NCBI GenBank assembly: GCA_030324005.1
Contig: JARDVH010000084.1
Location: 38,597,800-38,661,799 of the forward strand
DNA from: Negaprion brevirostris
Taxonomy: Eukaryota
Direction of reading: 5' to 3'
DNA: 64,000 nucleotides
Part shown: positions 51,731 to 64,000 of the stretch, in pieces
Layout: every line of letters begins with the position of its first letter
How positions within the stretch are numbered: the stretch's first letter is position 1
Translations under genes and position numbers: made by a program
Notes under the pieces: generated by a model
Database searches by the model: none
What the model was told of the DNA's origin: nothing
Seen by the model: the letters and a program-made list of their open reading frames with translations, nothing else

Positions 51731-51948
51731 AAAAGTTAGCAAAGACTAGAATACATGATTCCCAAACCAACAGCAAGTGATTTTATCCAAAGCATCATCA
51801 CCAACTTTTAAGGGAATCCGAAAAAATTAAGTAGGGCAGATAAACTATTTCTAAAAACAAAATATGTATATCCTACCTTTTCTAAACTGGATTACAATCT
51901 GATTTTATTGTCTAGACAGTAGTTAAGTTGAAGGAGTGCACCTCTTAC

Positions 51949-52094
51949 CTCCATGGGGTACTGTTCCCCATCTATTGTATGCTCTGAACCAGGATCAGAA
52001 GTTGTTCCCCAATGATAATGGAACTGGACTGCCTTGTATGTCCCTGGAAGGTCTCCCCCTTTGATGTTAATGTCTCCATTCAATGTCACCTGAA
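51949..52094 (-). CDS. Alpha-carbonic anhydrase (CA4/CA15-like), exon with Zn-ligand His94 and His96
   Basis: ttatag|...|gtaaga, 146 bp, phase 1 to 0. Reads (V)QVTLNGDINIKGGDLPGTYKAVQFHYHWGTTSDPGSEHTIDGEQYPME. Confidence 0.92.
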
Positions 52095-53069
52095 CTATAA
52101 AACAAGAAACAACAGGAACAAATTAAATTCAAAGTCAAAAAAGATTATGGCCGGATTTCTCCAATCTCACCCGTGACTGGGATTCTCCAGTCCCGCTGCA
52201 GTGAATGGAGATTTGACTGAACGCAATTTTCCATTCTCACTGGCAGTGTATGCGCGACATTGGAGAAGGCTGGCCGACAACTAACAAACCTCAACCTTTG
52301 TTTGAAATGTCTATGTTCTGAAGTTTCCCTCTATGATAGGGTTGCCAACTTTGCTTGGATGTATTCCTGAAGATTTCAGAAAATGGCCTCCCTTCTGTAA
52401 CCATCCCAGCCCGTCTAAGAACATTTCCTCCAATTTTCAAAATTTTTATCACTAATAAATGAAAGTATTTGAGGAAAATGGGGAAAAGAAAGCACACAAC
52501 TTGTTGTTATGCACCAACGGATGTTGCTTCCAATAATATCCAGGAGAATACCTTTAATTCCTGGATATGAGGGGCTACGGGGATAGGGCCTGAGTGGGAT
52601 GCAATGTCAGATGGTCAATGCAGACTTGATGGACTGAATGGCCTTTTTCTGCACTGTAACGATTCTATCTCTGGAAAACTGCCAAAGTAATGCCCTTAGT
52701 TAAAAAAGGGAGACAAAAAACAAGTATCTTTAGGCCAGTTGGCTTAACATCTGTCATGGGAAAATGTTAGGAGTCCATTATAAAGTATGCAATAGCACAG
52801 CATTTAGAAATGTAATTATTATTAATAATAAATTTAATTATAATAATAATTTAATCAAGCAGATTATCATATCAAATCTGTGACGGTCTCATTGAATGGT
52901 GGAGAAGGCTCAATGGGCCAAATAGTCTAAATCTGCTCCCACATCTTATGGTCTACTCTGAGCACTGCCAGCCAACCACTTTTATCCCATCAGATTGCTC
53001 CATTACAACCTTCTCTGCTGCGCCAACATAAACGCTTTCATTTAGAAGGACTGACTTTCTAGAACTTAC

Positions 53070-53243
53070 CCGAGTGACCATTGTTTTTGATTATCCAATT
53101 TTTGCTTTTATCAGCATCATCATAGCCCTCAAAGTTAATGGGGCTCAAATTCTTATCAAATTTAGCTTTCTTGGTGACAATGTTGATGGGTGACTGCTTA
53201 TTCATCCCACACATAAGGTGTTCTTCCTTCCAGGTGCTGGGTC
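53070..53243 (-). CDS. Alpha-carbonic anhydrase (CA4/CA15-like), internal exon
   Basis: tttcaag|...|gtaagt, 174 bp, phase 1 to 1. Reads (G)PSTWKEEHLMCGMNKQSPINIV...WIIKNNGHS, with QSPINI and the proton-shuttle His64 (NGHS). Confidence 0.92.
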
Positions 53244-53329
53244 CTTGAAAAGAAGATGGACGTCCATTAGCCGTGCACAAAACATATTTCTATACAACAG
53301 CATTCAATGTTGAGCGGTAGCGCTATGTA

Positions 53330-53685
53330 AAAAGAGTATAGCTTCACGTTGTGGTCTACAATTTAACCACCTAATCTAGTTTGACACCACAGCACAGTGT
53401 CGAGGAGCTGCTGCAAAATGAGATGTGTTATATTTTGATAAGATACTAAATTAAGGATCTGTCTGTTCAAATTGGTTGTAAGAAATGCCAGGATAACATT
53501 AGAAGGTGAGTGTGGAACTCAGATGAGCACTTATCCCTGAAGCAAAGCAGTTTATTTGGTCATTTATCTCACTGTCATTGGTAAGACTTTGATATGCATA
53601 AATTGGCTGCAGCATTCTCTTGGAAAATAACAGCGAATTCATTTCAAAAAAAGCAATTAAATTGCTGTAAACTTGCTTTGGGGTA
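53330..53685 (+). mobile_element. DeuSINE (SacSINE1/AmnSINE1-like) ancient SINE
   Basis: Deu-domain-like tttggtcatttatctcactgtc...aaattggctgcagcatt...ttcaaaa...ttgctgtaaa...gctttgggg; family from recall. Confidence 0.6.
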
Positions 53686-54292
53686 CATATTTACTATTTA
53701 ATCATAATCCCAAAAAATCATACTCAGCTTAATAAAACAAAAGTCAATTGCAGAGTTTGCAAGAGCTGGTGGCTTACAACTCTTAGGAAGGAGGAAGTTA
53801 AATATTTGAAGAGACTTATTAAAGAATTCAGGAAAAGATCAGGAAAATGGGACTCAAGTAGATAGCTGGAGCTAGCAATGGGACAGTGAACTGGACAGAA
53901 GTGGTGGGGCAAAATGGTCACCTTATTTATATTTGAATTGAATAAAAACAAAATATTGCAGATACTGGAAATCTGAAGTAAAAACAGAAAGTGCTGGAAA
54001 AACTCAGTAGTTCTGACAGCTTCTGTGGAGAGAGAAACGGAATTAACACTAAGACCGTATGGCTCTCCTTTAGATCAAAATCAAATAATTAGTTATTGCA
54101 CTAGCTACAGCAATGGAGGATTTAATTACTAACTGATATAAATTATTTTAACTTTAGCAAAATGGACAAAATTTGCAAAAGCATATTATAAACAATGATA
54201 GCTGTATTTCAGGAACTTTAACATGATGGCATGTTAGATGTGGAGTATGAGTTTTGTTTTTAATTCATCACTGCCAGTTGATCTTGAACAGA

Positions 54293-54612
54293 GTGGCATG
54301 ATGGCCCAGTGGTTAGCACAGCTGCCTCACAGTGCTAGCGACATGGGTTCAATTCCAGTCTGGGTGACTGTCTGTGCACAGTTTGCACATTCTCCCCATG
54401 TTTGTATGGCTTTCCTCCGGGTACTCCTGTTTCCTCCACACTCCAGAGATGTGCTGGTTAGATTGATTGGCCATGCTAAATTGACTCTCAGTGTCAAGGG
54501 GATTAGCAGAGTAAATACAAATGGTTATGGGGAAAGGGCCTACATGGAATTGTCATTGGTGTAATCTTGATGGGCCACATTGACTCATTCTACACTGTAG
54601 GGATTCCATGAT
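54293..54612 (+). mobile_element. HE1-like SINE
   Basis: Full head, V-domain and tail. Confidence 0.85.
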
Positions 54613-55764
54613 TACCCTTGCCATGTAATTAGCCTGGAAATGATTGTGATGTACAATGCATTAACACGCTGGCATCAAATACTTCTTTCTACTAGCTTAA
54701 TGGAGGTGCTCGCATTTTGATTTTAATCTGGTTCTGCCTTGATTTAACTGACAGAAAGAAGAACTTCACACTAACACAAATAGTTGGCAGTCAATTCCTG
54801 GCTGTTATCAAAACAGGAAAGATATTAAGAAGGGAAAAAGACAACAACTGAAAATTGAGCCAAACTGAAGAGGCAGTGAGAGTTTGAACTGATTTCTCTT
54901 TTTGAACAATGATGTGCATTTAGCACACTGATGGTGGCTTACATTGTCTATTCAGAGGTGCTGTTGCTTTCTCTATTACTTGACAAAATGCTTCAAAATT
55001 AAGAAGGTATCTTTATACTTTCTCCTCAGTCTCTTCTGTCATCCGTGCACATCGTTCAATGTATCATCTATTCCTATGTCCCTCAGTTCCAGTTTGCACT
55101 CTGACCATGTTCCTGTGAAGCTTTTCAGGATGTTTTGCCTATATTAGAAGGTGCTATACAAATGCAAAATCATGTTGTATAGACACAATAATAAGACAGC
55201 CTGGAGCTGAAACATAGTGCTGGATAACTTGACTGCAGAATTGTTATTCAGAGTCTTGTGACAGGGCAAAACAAAATAGGCTGGTGAAGGCAAAACACAT
55301 ACAAGCCAGAACTCTACAGGGTAAACTTGGAAGAGAACATGTGAGTCATAAAGTCATGTGAGCTTGTCAGCCTAACCAGAATAGGCAATCTCAAAAGTCT
55401 CTTCAAATAGTTAAATCAAAATGCATTTATTTTTCTCATTAATGAGATTTTGATACCCTAGATGATAGGGAAGAAATTACTAAGTAAACAACCCCAACAC
55501 AATTGAAAGATTCTTGTAACGTAAACCAGCATCCTGCGCAGTTCAGTTCAAACCCTGACGGTTCCTCTTTTACTTTTCTTCAAGCTGTTATCAACACTTT
55601 CCTTACAATATCTTTCCTTTTATTAGTAAGGTGATAACAGCAATCTAGAAATTGGTGAACGATGTGTTAGGTTTAAACATGTTTGTGATGGACAAGGCAC
55701 TGTGCTGAGCAATACTGTACACCACCCCTGCGTGCAGACAATTAAAGTGACTTTATCTCCTTAC

Positions 55765-55800
55765 CGCAGGTAATATCCTCGCTGTCGTAGCACCAGCCAG
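55765..55800 (-). CDS. Alpha-carbonic anhydrase (CA4/CA15-like), short WCY exon
   Basis: Strong pyrimidine tract ...gcttttatccag|36 bp|gtaagg, phase 1 to 1. Reads xGWCYDSEDITC(G), the WCY...CGP..W pattern of extracellular CA4/CA15. Confidence 0.88.
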
Positions 55801-57009
55801 CTGGATAAAAGCAAAAAAGAAAACAAAATTAGTTTATTTCTTAGATTTCCTCCAATACTTTTGAAAGATTATACAGTTATTAATTTGGTTTTGCGCCCAA
55901 GACCCCCGGACACACAGTGCAGAATGTCTGCCAAATTTACAACCATTTTAATAGGCTGATTTCTGAATCCTTTCTATATAATTAAAACATAATGTGCTGA
56001 TATCATTATATTGAGTTTTAGTGCGGACCGGAACTTTGTATGTGAAGAACTATTCAAATTGGCTTATTCTGCCATATTTTTAAGAACCGCAATATCATAT
56101 TTGGTTAAATATATATTTTAATTAATCTAAGTCACAATGAGATAAATAAACCTCAGATTTTATAAATATTGTCCCAGTATAATAATGCAAAAGTGAAATG
56201 CTGCACTTACACTGCTAAGCTGATGCTAAGCAGTTGAATTGCGGAGTAATGCAAATATTTTGTGTCATATAAATTCGAAGCTAACACGTAATATGAAACT
56301 CCCTGTTAATTCAATAATTGTACATTGAAGATGAATAACTTTGAAGCTAGCCTCTGCCTTAAAACAGGTTCATTTCCAAGATTCAGACTCTCCCAGTTCC
56401 TCCCCTCAGCGTTCCTGTCATCCCCACGTATGCCCTTTTGATTAAAGCAAGTAAAATGCCAAACTCTTGATGCCATTCACACCGGCAGGATTGGCGCTCC
56501 CCTGCCACAGGTTTCCCGGTGGCGAGGGACGCATTAAACAAGAAACCCCATTGGCAACAGCAGGACCATAAGATCCCCCTGCCTGCATGCCACCTTCCGT
56601 CACTGCTAAACACGCTATGGCACGGAAGAAACATCCCACTCAGACAAGCAAATTAAAGGAGCAGCTTAAAGAGACACTGCAACAGACAGACGGCAAAATC
56701 TCAAAAGAAACATACAAAATTCAAATTAAAATGTTATTATCCCCATTTATACGTGGACCAATACCCTCACTCGTTTCGGAACAACTGGCGGGTATTGGTC
56801 AAAAACTTTTGCAATGTAATTAATAAGACCTTGATACTTTCCTCCAAGGTTTCACTTCTTTTCAAAAATCGGCTCAGGCCTTAGTTTTCTACAACACATT
56901 TGGCATTTTTTGTAAACAAAACCACTTCCTGCCAACATTGCAGTTACAGTGTGAATACACAAATTCAATCTGAGCAAATGACCATGCTGTGTTCGCCTTT
57001 ACTTCGTGA

Positions 57010-57410
57010 CCCACTCATCAGAAAGAGGATTTTCCCACATAAATCAAAGTCTCTCACCATCCTGAAAACCTCTGTTAGATCACCGCTTGACTTTCTCTAT
57101 TCCAAGCCCAACAGCCCTGGCTTTTCAAACCTCTCCTCATAACTGAAATCCCTCATTCCTGGTAACATCCTTATGAATCTCCTCTGTGTCCTCGAGACTT
57201 CAATTATAGAGGTATGGATTTGGAAAGCAGGAAGGTAAAGTTGAACATTTATAGAATCTTGGAATCACATTGCAGAGAACTGTGTACAATTTTGGTTCCC
57301 ACAGTCCAAAATGGATTTAGCAATTCATCTTTTGCTGTGCTTTCTAAATCATTTTTCTATTGTGGAAACCAAAATTGTACACAGTTCTCTGGTGTGGTCT
57401 AACCAAGTCT
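57010..57410 (-). mobile_element. Degenerate CR1 fragments
   Basis: Reverse-strand CR1 ORF2 C-terminal sequence (ctctcctcataactgaaatcc...tggtaacatcc; aaaattgtacacagttctct). Confidence 0.5.
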
Positions 57411-57748
57411 CCATAAAAATTTTAATTAATTTTCCAGTCTCTACACTTGATCTTTAGTGTTTTATATACACTGAAGATGGAAAGCCATTATTTCTATGTT
57501 TTATTAGTGTCTCATGTGGGCGTACATTAACACTGCAATGAAGTTACTGTATCTGGCATCAGGAGTTGCTTGATTTGCTTGTTTTATCTATGGGATTCCC
57601 CCTGGGCTGGTACCATTTCTGAAATGGTTGTCCTGTTCCCTGCCTTTGAAATTTATTAATGAGAAATTTATATAAGCAACTCACAGATACTTTCCCCTCC
57701 AGATTTTTTCTCTCCCTGTGAAGAAATGGGCAGGTTTTTCATGCAGAC

Positions 57749-58348
57749 TGTGATGAAAGTGTGCCATTAAGAAATTTATTCATACCATGTTTCTTGTGAG
57801 GGGTATGTGCAAAATTCAGCTCTGTTTTCACAGTGCTGATTTGTCTCCAACAGGCAGCTCAGCTGCTGAGAATGCAGGCTAATTATTGATCTTAATGCGG
57901 TGCTTGTTTTAATCTGGGTTAATGCATTTTTGATTATTTTGGTTTTTTTCCCCTGGGGTTTCAGAGTAAACTTCAGGTTGACTAACAAGAGACAGAGGCT
58001 AATGGGAGGAGCTAAGCTTACAAGCAAAATAAAACATTCCCTGCCTGATTCTGAAAAAAATAAGAGATATCTCTGTCTCTGTCTCTCTCCGAAGCCTGCT
58101 GTTTTGGAACTATCAGAAGATAGGTGTCTCTCTGTCTCTCTCTCTCCCCTGTGGTGTTCAAAGGCAAACAAGAAAGGGCACGTAAGCTTGTATTGCTGCT
58201 AACTAATTTTGAAGAGGAGTTTAAGTTCCCTACACCAATATTGCTTAACTCAAAACTAATAGGGATAAGTTAGCAGTTAAGAATTGTATCTTGTCATGTC
58301 TGAGTATTTCATAACGTACTTTGGGGTTTCTGCTCAGGTAACATAACA
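57749..58348. mobile_element. Solo LTR (600 bp), in the presumed CA intron
   Basis: Termini TGTGATG...CATAACA; 4-bp flanks AGAC and AGAG (one mismatch); internal AATAAA and (CT)n tracts. Confidence 0.6.
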
Positions 58349-58879
58349 AGAGTTAAAAGCCAAATGCAGACCCCCAAACCTAAATTCACGGAACACAGGC
58401 TAGGAGAATGGGACCTCTTAACTGGCCGCCTCCTTAAGCTCACCTCGCAATTAAAGACTGTGAGTAGTCACCCAGTGTTGCTGGCCAAGTCACAGGGTCA
58501 GCAGATCTCGAACCTCAGCAGGCCACCTGGGAGAGCTGACCTCTGCAGAGATGGGTAGGAGAACACAAAAGCATCTCAAAATGGAGATGCACTGAGGAGA
58601 AGTGAAAGATTTTTTTAATTAGCATGGCCAAACTGGACAACCCCGTCAGTCAGCTCAGCTGCATTCAGCTCGTGGACTCCCCGTGTAGCGAAAAGCTGTC
58701 CGGCGCCACCAAAAAGCTGCCCGCCTCTCTAAATGCCTCTAGATGGGGCCTTAAGTTTGTAGACCTATTTGATTGGTCTNNNNNNNNNNNNNNNNNNNNN
58801 NNNNNNNNNNNNNNNNNNNNNNNNNNNNNNNNNNNNNNNNNNNNNNNNNNNNNNNNNNNNNNNNNNNNNNNNNNNNNNN

Positions 58880-59057
58880 TGCAGGTTAAGTGGATTGGTC
58901 ATGCTAAATTTCTCCATAGTGTCCCAAGATGTGTAGATTAGATGGATTGGCCATGGGAAATGCGTGGGATAATGATAGGACAGGATAGAAGGCCAGGTCA
59001 AGATGCTCTGTCAGAGAGTTGATGCAGACTTGATAGGCTGAATGGCCTGCCCTGCAC
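58880..59057 (+). mobile_element. HE1-like SINE 3' part after gap
   Basis: V-domain end and tail. Confidence 0.7.
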
Positions 59058-59910
59058 ACATGCTGAGCATATTACTGCCCGTAGGCAGAGAGTGACACTG
59101 GAACTTATGATGTAATTTGCAACTATGATCTATCAGTTATTGCACTGCTCTGAGTCCTGCTTTGTGTCTCAGTACCTGAGGCAGCGTTACATCGTCAGAA
59201 TTGGAATCTGTCATCTACAAATTATATTAATTATTGAAAGTCTTGAATTAAAAGTAAATACACAATAATGGAGGGAAATAAATTTTCAAAATAATCATTG
59301 TAATTGAACATGTATAAAATGTTAGAATGTGACTATGAAATAAGTGTTCATAGTTGAATCAATGGAGCACTTTGCTAATGCTGTTAGTTGCCAAGCAACC
59401 AGTAAATAACCTGTCACTGGCCTACTTACTCCACTACATGTTTAAGTCCTTGTGTCTCGGACAGAGAGGAATCTGTTTACACTGCAAATACAAAGAGATC
59501 CATTCTCTTCATTCTCACGGCTCACNNNNNNNNNNGTAGGTGAATGTAGGATCAAGGCAGTCTCGTCTTCAGCCACCCCAGAACAAATGCACGGCAGCTC
59601 CTTTAAGTTCTGCACATTTTACCATCAGTCAGGTCTGACCATGGTATGCAGGCTTTTTAATAAATCCTATGTTTTTAACAAGGGGAAGCCATACCAGTGA
59701 AGACACATCCATTCAGCAATTAATGAAAAGAAAGGAGCTGTAGAAAATTTCAAGAATAATCATGTTCTATCGGCCACTTAGAGTTGCAATCCCTGGATTA
59801 GTATTGCGCGGGCAACAATAAGTGACAGACATCAGTATTTTTGCCAATGCCTTACATACAGGTTTGCATCTAGTATCTCCTGCATGTGCAGGGGGTTCAA
59901 GTGGGCTTAC

Positions 59911-59937
59911 CTCTTGAATGGTCCAGTGTTAAGAATG
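59911..59937 (-). CDS. Probable 27-bp upstream exon of the carbonic anhydrase (end of signal peptide)
   Basis: tccctccttcctcctaaatttag|CATTCTTAACACTGGACCATTCAAGAG|gtaagc. Read as phase 1 to 1 it gives xFLTLDHSR(A), in frame with the WCY exon. Confidence 0.5.
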
Positions 59938-60240
59938 CTAAATTTAGGAGGAAGGAGGGAATTTAGGCATAACCTTTTCAACTGCAAGGCAGTATAGTAC
60001 TGGAAGGAGTTACAAAGAACCCAACCCAGTACCTTACAGCCAGCAGAAAAAGCAGATTTGCACCACATTAGTCTGAGCTGATTTTAAATCCAGAATAAAA
60101 AGGTGTGCTGACCACTGCATCAACCATTCTTCTTTATATTGAAGTGTACAGTTATGATGGAGTTCAGGAGAGAAATAAAAGCATTTCTAAAGAATGAAGG
60201 AATGGATGACTGTGCTGAGAAGATGAGCAATGGGGCTCTT

Positions 60241-60408
60241 AGATTCATAGAATCCCTGTAGGATTCTCATTTGCCCTATTGAGTCTGCACTGATCTCAAT
60301 CCCATCCAGATCTTATTCCCGTAGTCCCACACATTTACCCTGTTAATTCCCCTGACACTAGGGTCAATTTGGCTTGGCTAATGAACCTAACCCACACATC
60401 TTTGGACT
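60241..60408 (-). mobile_element. HE1-like SINE 3' fragment
   Basis: Reverse tail and part of the V-domain. Confidence 0.7.
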
Positions 60409-60769
60409 GGACTGGCTGATCCAGATTTGCTCCCTTCCATGAAGTAGCTTAGCATGTAAACCTAAAAAAACACCAGACACGTCCAATCTTCAGGAGTCTG
60501 GTAACTTATACACCTGAGAAACAAGTACTTGGTTCAGTTCTAATTATTTCCAATACAGAGGTCGCTTAGTATACTGTTAAGCAGCAGCCATAGGAATCAT
60601 CATGGAACTTCTCACCTTCCAAAGCTTGTTTTACCTCACTGTGGAATTATTTTTCCTGTGTCATATGTTCTCAGCATTCCAGATGAGGGTTTTATGATAA
60701 ACCCTGTGCTTCTCATAAAGAAAAGCAATGTCAGTGAAGTCACATCCATTTGACAATTAATGACCACAC

Positions 60770-62330
60770 AAACACACAAACAGCAGCAGGAGTGGGCCGC
60801 TCAGCCCCTTGAGACTGCTTTGCCATCTTATAAGACCATGGCTCATCTGATAGTAAAGTCAAATCTGCATCCTACCTCCCCTGACAACCTACCATGCCCT
60901 TGCTTACCAAGAATCTACACACATCTACCTAAAATATTGAAAGACTCTGCTTCCACTACCTGTTCAGGAAGAGAGTTCCAAATGATTCACAACCCTCTGA
61001 GAGAAATGTTTTGCCTCCTCTCATTTTAAATGGGCGACCCTTATTTTTAAACAGTGACCCCCTCGTTCTAGATTCTCCCACAAAAGGAAACATCCTCTCC
61101 ACCTCCACCCTGTCAATACCCCTGAGGATCTTAAATGTTTCAATCAAGTCACCTCTTACTTGCCTAAACTCCAGAGGGTACAACCTTTTCTCATTAGACA
61201 ACCCACCCATTCCAGGCTGGTAAACCTTCTCCGAACTTTTTTACATGCTTCCTTAAATTAGGTGACTAACACTGTTCCAAATGTGGTCTCACTAGTGCCC
61301 TGAAAACTGAAGCATAGCCACTCTTCTTTTGTATTCAATTCCCTTCATAATAAACAATAAAGTTCCATTAGCTTTCCTAATTATTTGCTGTACCTGCATG
61401 CCAGTCTTTTGTGATTTGTTCACTTGGATGCCCAGATCCTGTTGAATTCTTCAGAGATCTGCATTCTTTCACTATTTAGATAATATACTGCTTTTTCATT
61501 CTCCCTGCCAAAAAAGACAATTTCATATTTTCCCACATCATGCTTCATTAGATCTTTGCCCATTCACCTAACCGACATATATCTTTTTGTAAAATGGAAA
61601 ATGCTGAAAAATCTCAGCAAGTCTGACAACAGCTGTGGAGAGAGAACAGAGCTAACATTTCAAGTCTGGATGACCCTGCGTCAGAGCAGCTCAAACCTAC
61701 AGGTGCTGCCAGATGCTACAGATGCATTTTCTGTTTTTGTTTCAGATTACAATATCTGCAGAAATTTGCTTTGATTTTTATACATTTTTGCTGTCTCCTT
61801 ATGTCCTCTTCACAATTTACTCACCTACCCATCTTTGTGACATCAATAAATTTGGAACCATCCCTTCAATACTTTCATCCAAGTATTTTACATAAATTGT
61901 AAACAGTTGAAGACCCTGCATTGATTCTGGTGGCACACCACTCTTACATTTTGCTCACATAAAACGACCCATTTATGCCTGTGCCCTGCTTTCTGTCAGC
62001 CAGCCAATCTTTTATCCATGACAATATGTTAGCCTTTACACCATGAGCTTTTATTTTCCACAATAACTTTTATCAAATGCCTTCTGGAAATTGAAATACA
62101 GTATATACTTTTTGTCCACAGCACACTACTTTCTTAAAGAACCCAAAAAGTTGCTCATACATGATTTCCTTTCACAAAACCATGTTTACTCTGTCTGATT
62201 ATCTTGAACCTATCCAATTGCCCTGCTATAAGTTCTTTAATAATAATTTTTTTAATAATAGCTTCTGACATTTTCTCTATGACAGATGTTAAGCTAACAA
62301 GCCTGTAGTTTCCACTTTTAGTCTCTCTCC
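60770..62330 (-). mobile_element. Degenerate CR1 LINE with a nested palindromic element
   Basis: GNYRLVSLTSVIEK...QSKHGFVKG and RGDLIETFKILRGIDRV motifs; nested insertion at about 61590-61775. Confidence 0.85.
61590..61775. mobile_element. Second Penelope-derived palindromic element family (fragments also at about 53947-54075, 17050-17130 and 16395-16500)
   Basis: Inverted ends (gaaaatgctg... / ...gcattttctgtttttgtttcagat). The minus strand at 61651-61686 reads CTCTGACGCAGGGTCATCCAGACTTGAAATGTTAGC, a decayed hammerhead-like core. Confidence 0.55.
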
Positions 62331-64000
62331 CTGTTTGAATAATGAAAAGAACAGGCCAACATTCAGCAGGTATTGAGTCCAATCCAGATTTCAGAAAACA
62401 AACTAAATTGGAGTCAAGTGCAATTCGTGACAAGCAAGAAATTTATGTTGAATTCTTCAAAGGATCTGATATCTGTTTATTTACATCTTTCCAATTTTCA
62501 CTGCTTTTACATGGATGGTGACATAGTGGTCATCTCACTAGATAAGAAATACAGAGATTTGAGTTAATGCTTTAAGCATGTAGTCATGACAGAGCGGTTA
62601 AGGAGATAGATTTGCAATTAATGGAGATTTCCCCGTGTACGTTCTAATCCTCGCAGTGGGAGACACTGCGAGTCTCCCAAATGTAAATAAATTCCTGCCA
62701 TTTGGAGTGCAGGAGAAGAGTGGAAAATCCTCGAGGTTAGCAAACTAAATTAATCTGAGCATGCAAGAAATAGCTAGCCAATCAAATCTTGCCCATACCC
62801 TGATGGCTAGAGAACCATAGCTAAATTTCTCTTCTTTATCCCATCAACTGGAAATCAGGATGACCACTTCGTTGTTTCTTTCTCACGATTATATAAACCT
62901 AGTGTGTTACCATGGATGCCAAGTGTTAGACATGAAATGTTACTTTCTGCACCAATAGCTTGTATCTAGATCATTCAGTTGGAATCTGCTCCAACATCAC
63001 TTCTTCCATGAGCAGATGTTCTTTCTGTGCACACCTACCCCACAATTCTTGACGTACATTATCAGTATGTAGATTAACAGCATTTAATTAAGGGATTTTT
63101 AAAATTGCTCTTCCCCTAAGTGTTGTTTGAACCCACAACAAGAATTTAGTATCCTGACATTTCAGACATTTGAAGAAAAAGCAAACTTTTGATTGAAAAG
63201 TATATAAAAATTAGCAGTCAAGTAATAATGTATTTTCCCCTCAAAGGGGCAATCTGTCTATAATCATCTGGGACTGTGATGACTTTACCTTTCCTATGTG
63301 ACTGGGTAGGTTGGTGAGTGAGTGGGTAGGTGGGTGAGTGGATAGGTAGATGGGTAATTGGGTGAGTGAGAAGGTGAATAAGTGAATAGGTGGCTGAGGT
63401 AGATCGTTGGGATGTAGTTGGGTTGGGTTGGAGTTAGTCGGGTCAGCTCAGGAGGGGGTAGAAGGGGAGATAATCAGGTCTGGGGAGGATATAGGATAGG
63501 GGACAGTCAGGACTACTTGGAAGTGGGCAGGAGTCAGTGTGGCAGTTTGGGGTAGTTAGTTTGGATCAGAGTGGGGTGATGATTCTGGTATCAGATTTAT
63601 CCAGGCATGTGACCAGGTTTTAATCTGTTTAACATTTCCTGGGTAATGATCTAGCAAAGTGCAATGGAATTGTCCCAATTCTCTGACTCCAGCTCAAAGT
63701 CAGGGACATTTGCACAGGCTTTCAGGGAGAAGTGTTATGACAACTATGAAGGTCATGGGGGGATCATCAATAGATCTTCCTGCAGGCTTCATGGACCATG
63801 AGTTTCATTACTGAGCGAACGGAAGTTCACCAAGAAGTGGTCAGTTGAAACCTGCTGTTCAATCCTGACTGGAGTTATACGTCCCACGGTGTTGACACAA
63901 GTGCAGCCTATCTCTTTGGTGCGCATTTGGTTGAATTACTACATCCCTCGTGGGTCTGCGTGCCAGGCCTTCCACAAGGCTCTAACACCCATATTCAGTC

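Noticed and set aside
63039-63083. MLLIYILIMYVKNCG as the CA signal-peptide first exon
   Set aside because: Its best donor (GGG|gtaggt) is phase 0, whereas the downstream CA exons need phase 1. The true first exon may lie outside the window.
1-64000. CRISPR arrays, operons or other prokaryotic/viral systems
   Set aside because: The window is eukaryotic and intron-containing, with no regularly spaced repeat-spacer array and no long non-TE ORF other than FoxE3.

Overview
Vertebrate genomic DNA, almost certainly a shark or other elasmobranch: it carries many HE1/V-SINE-type copies, a DeuSINE-like copy and CR1, L2, Rex1/Babar and RTE LINE debris. It is a draft scaffold with many N gaps. Two host genes are supportable, both on the minus strand. 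The first is an intact single-exon forkhead gene, FoxE3 (lens1/FoxE4 type), at 13066-14295, with a TATA box, an eh1 motif and a CpG-rich domain. The second is the 5' half of an extracellular alpha-carbonic anhydrase (CA4/CA15-like), with exons at 55765-55800, 53070-53243, 51949-52094 and probably 59911-59937. I could not find its 3' catalytic exons. The rest is mostly transposon-derived: Gypsy remnants and solo LTRs, Harbinger (Myb + DDE) remnants and MITEs, and Penelope-derived palindromic elements. The most notable observations are: (1) a 1.65 kb non-coding element with a target-site duplication, inverted Penelope-type termini and a minimal hammerhead-ribozyme fold just downstream of FoxE3; (2) a candidate FoxE3 lens-placode enhancer near 40.7-41.0 kb; (3) the apparently truncated CA gene and nearby orphan exons; (4) several hairpin, foldback and tandem structures. 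I found no convincing wholly new protein-coding system. Repeat boundaries and family names were judged by eye and are approximate.
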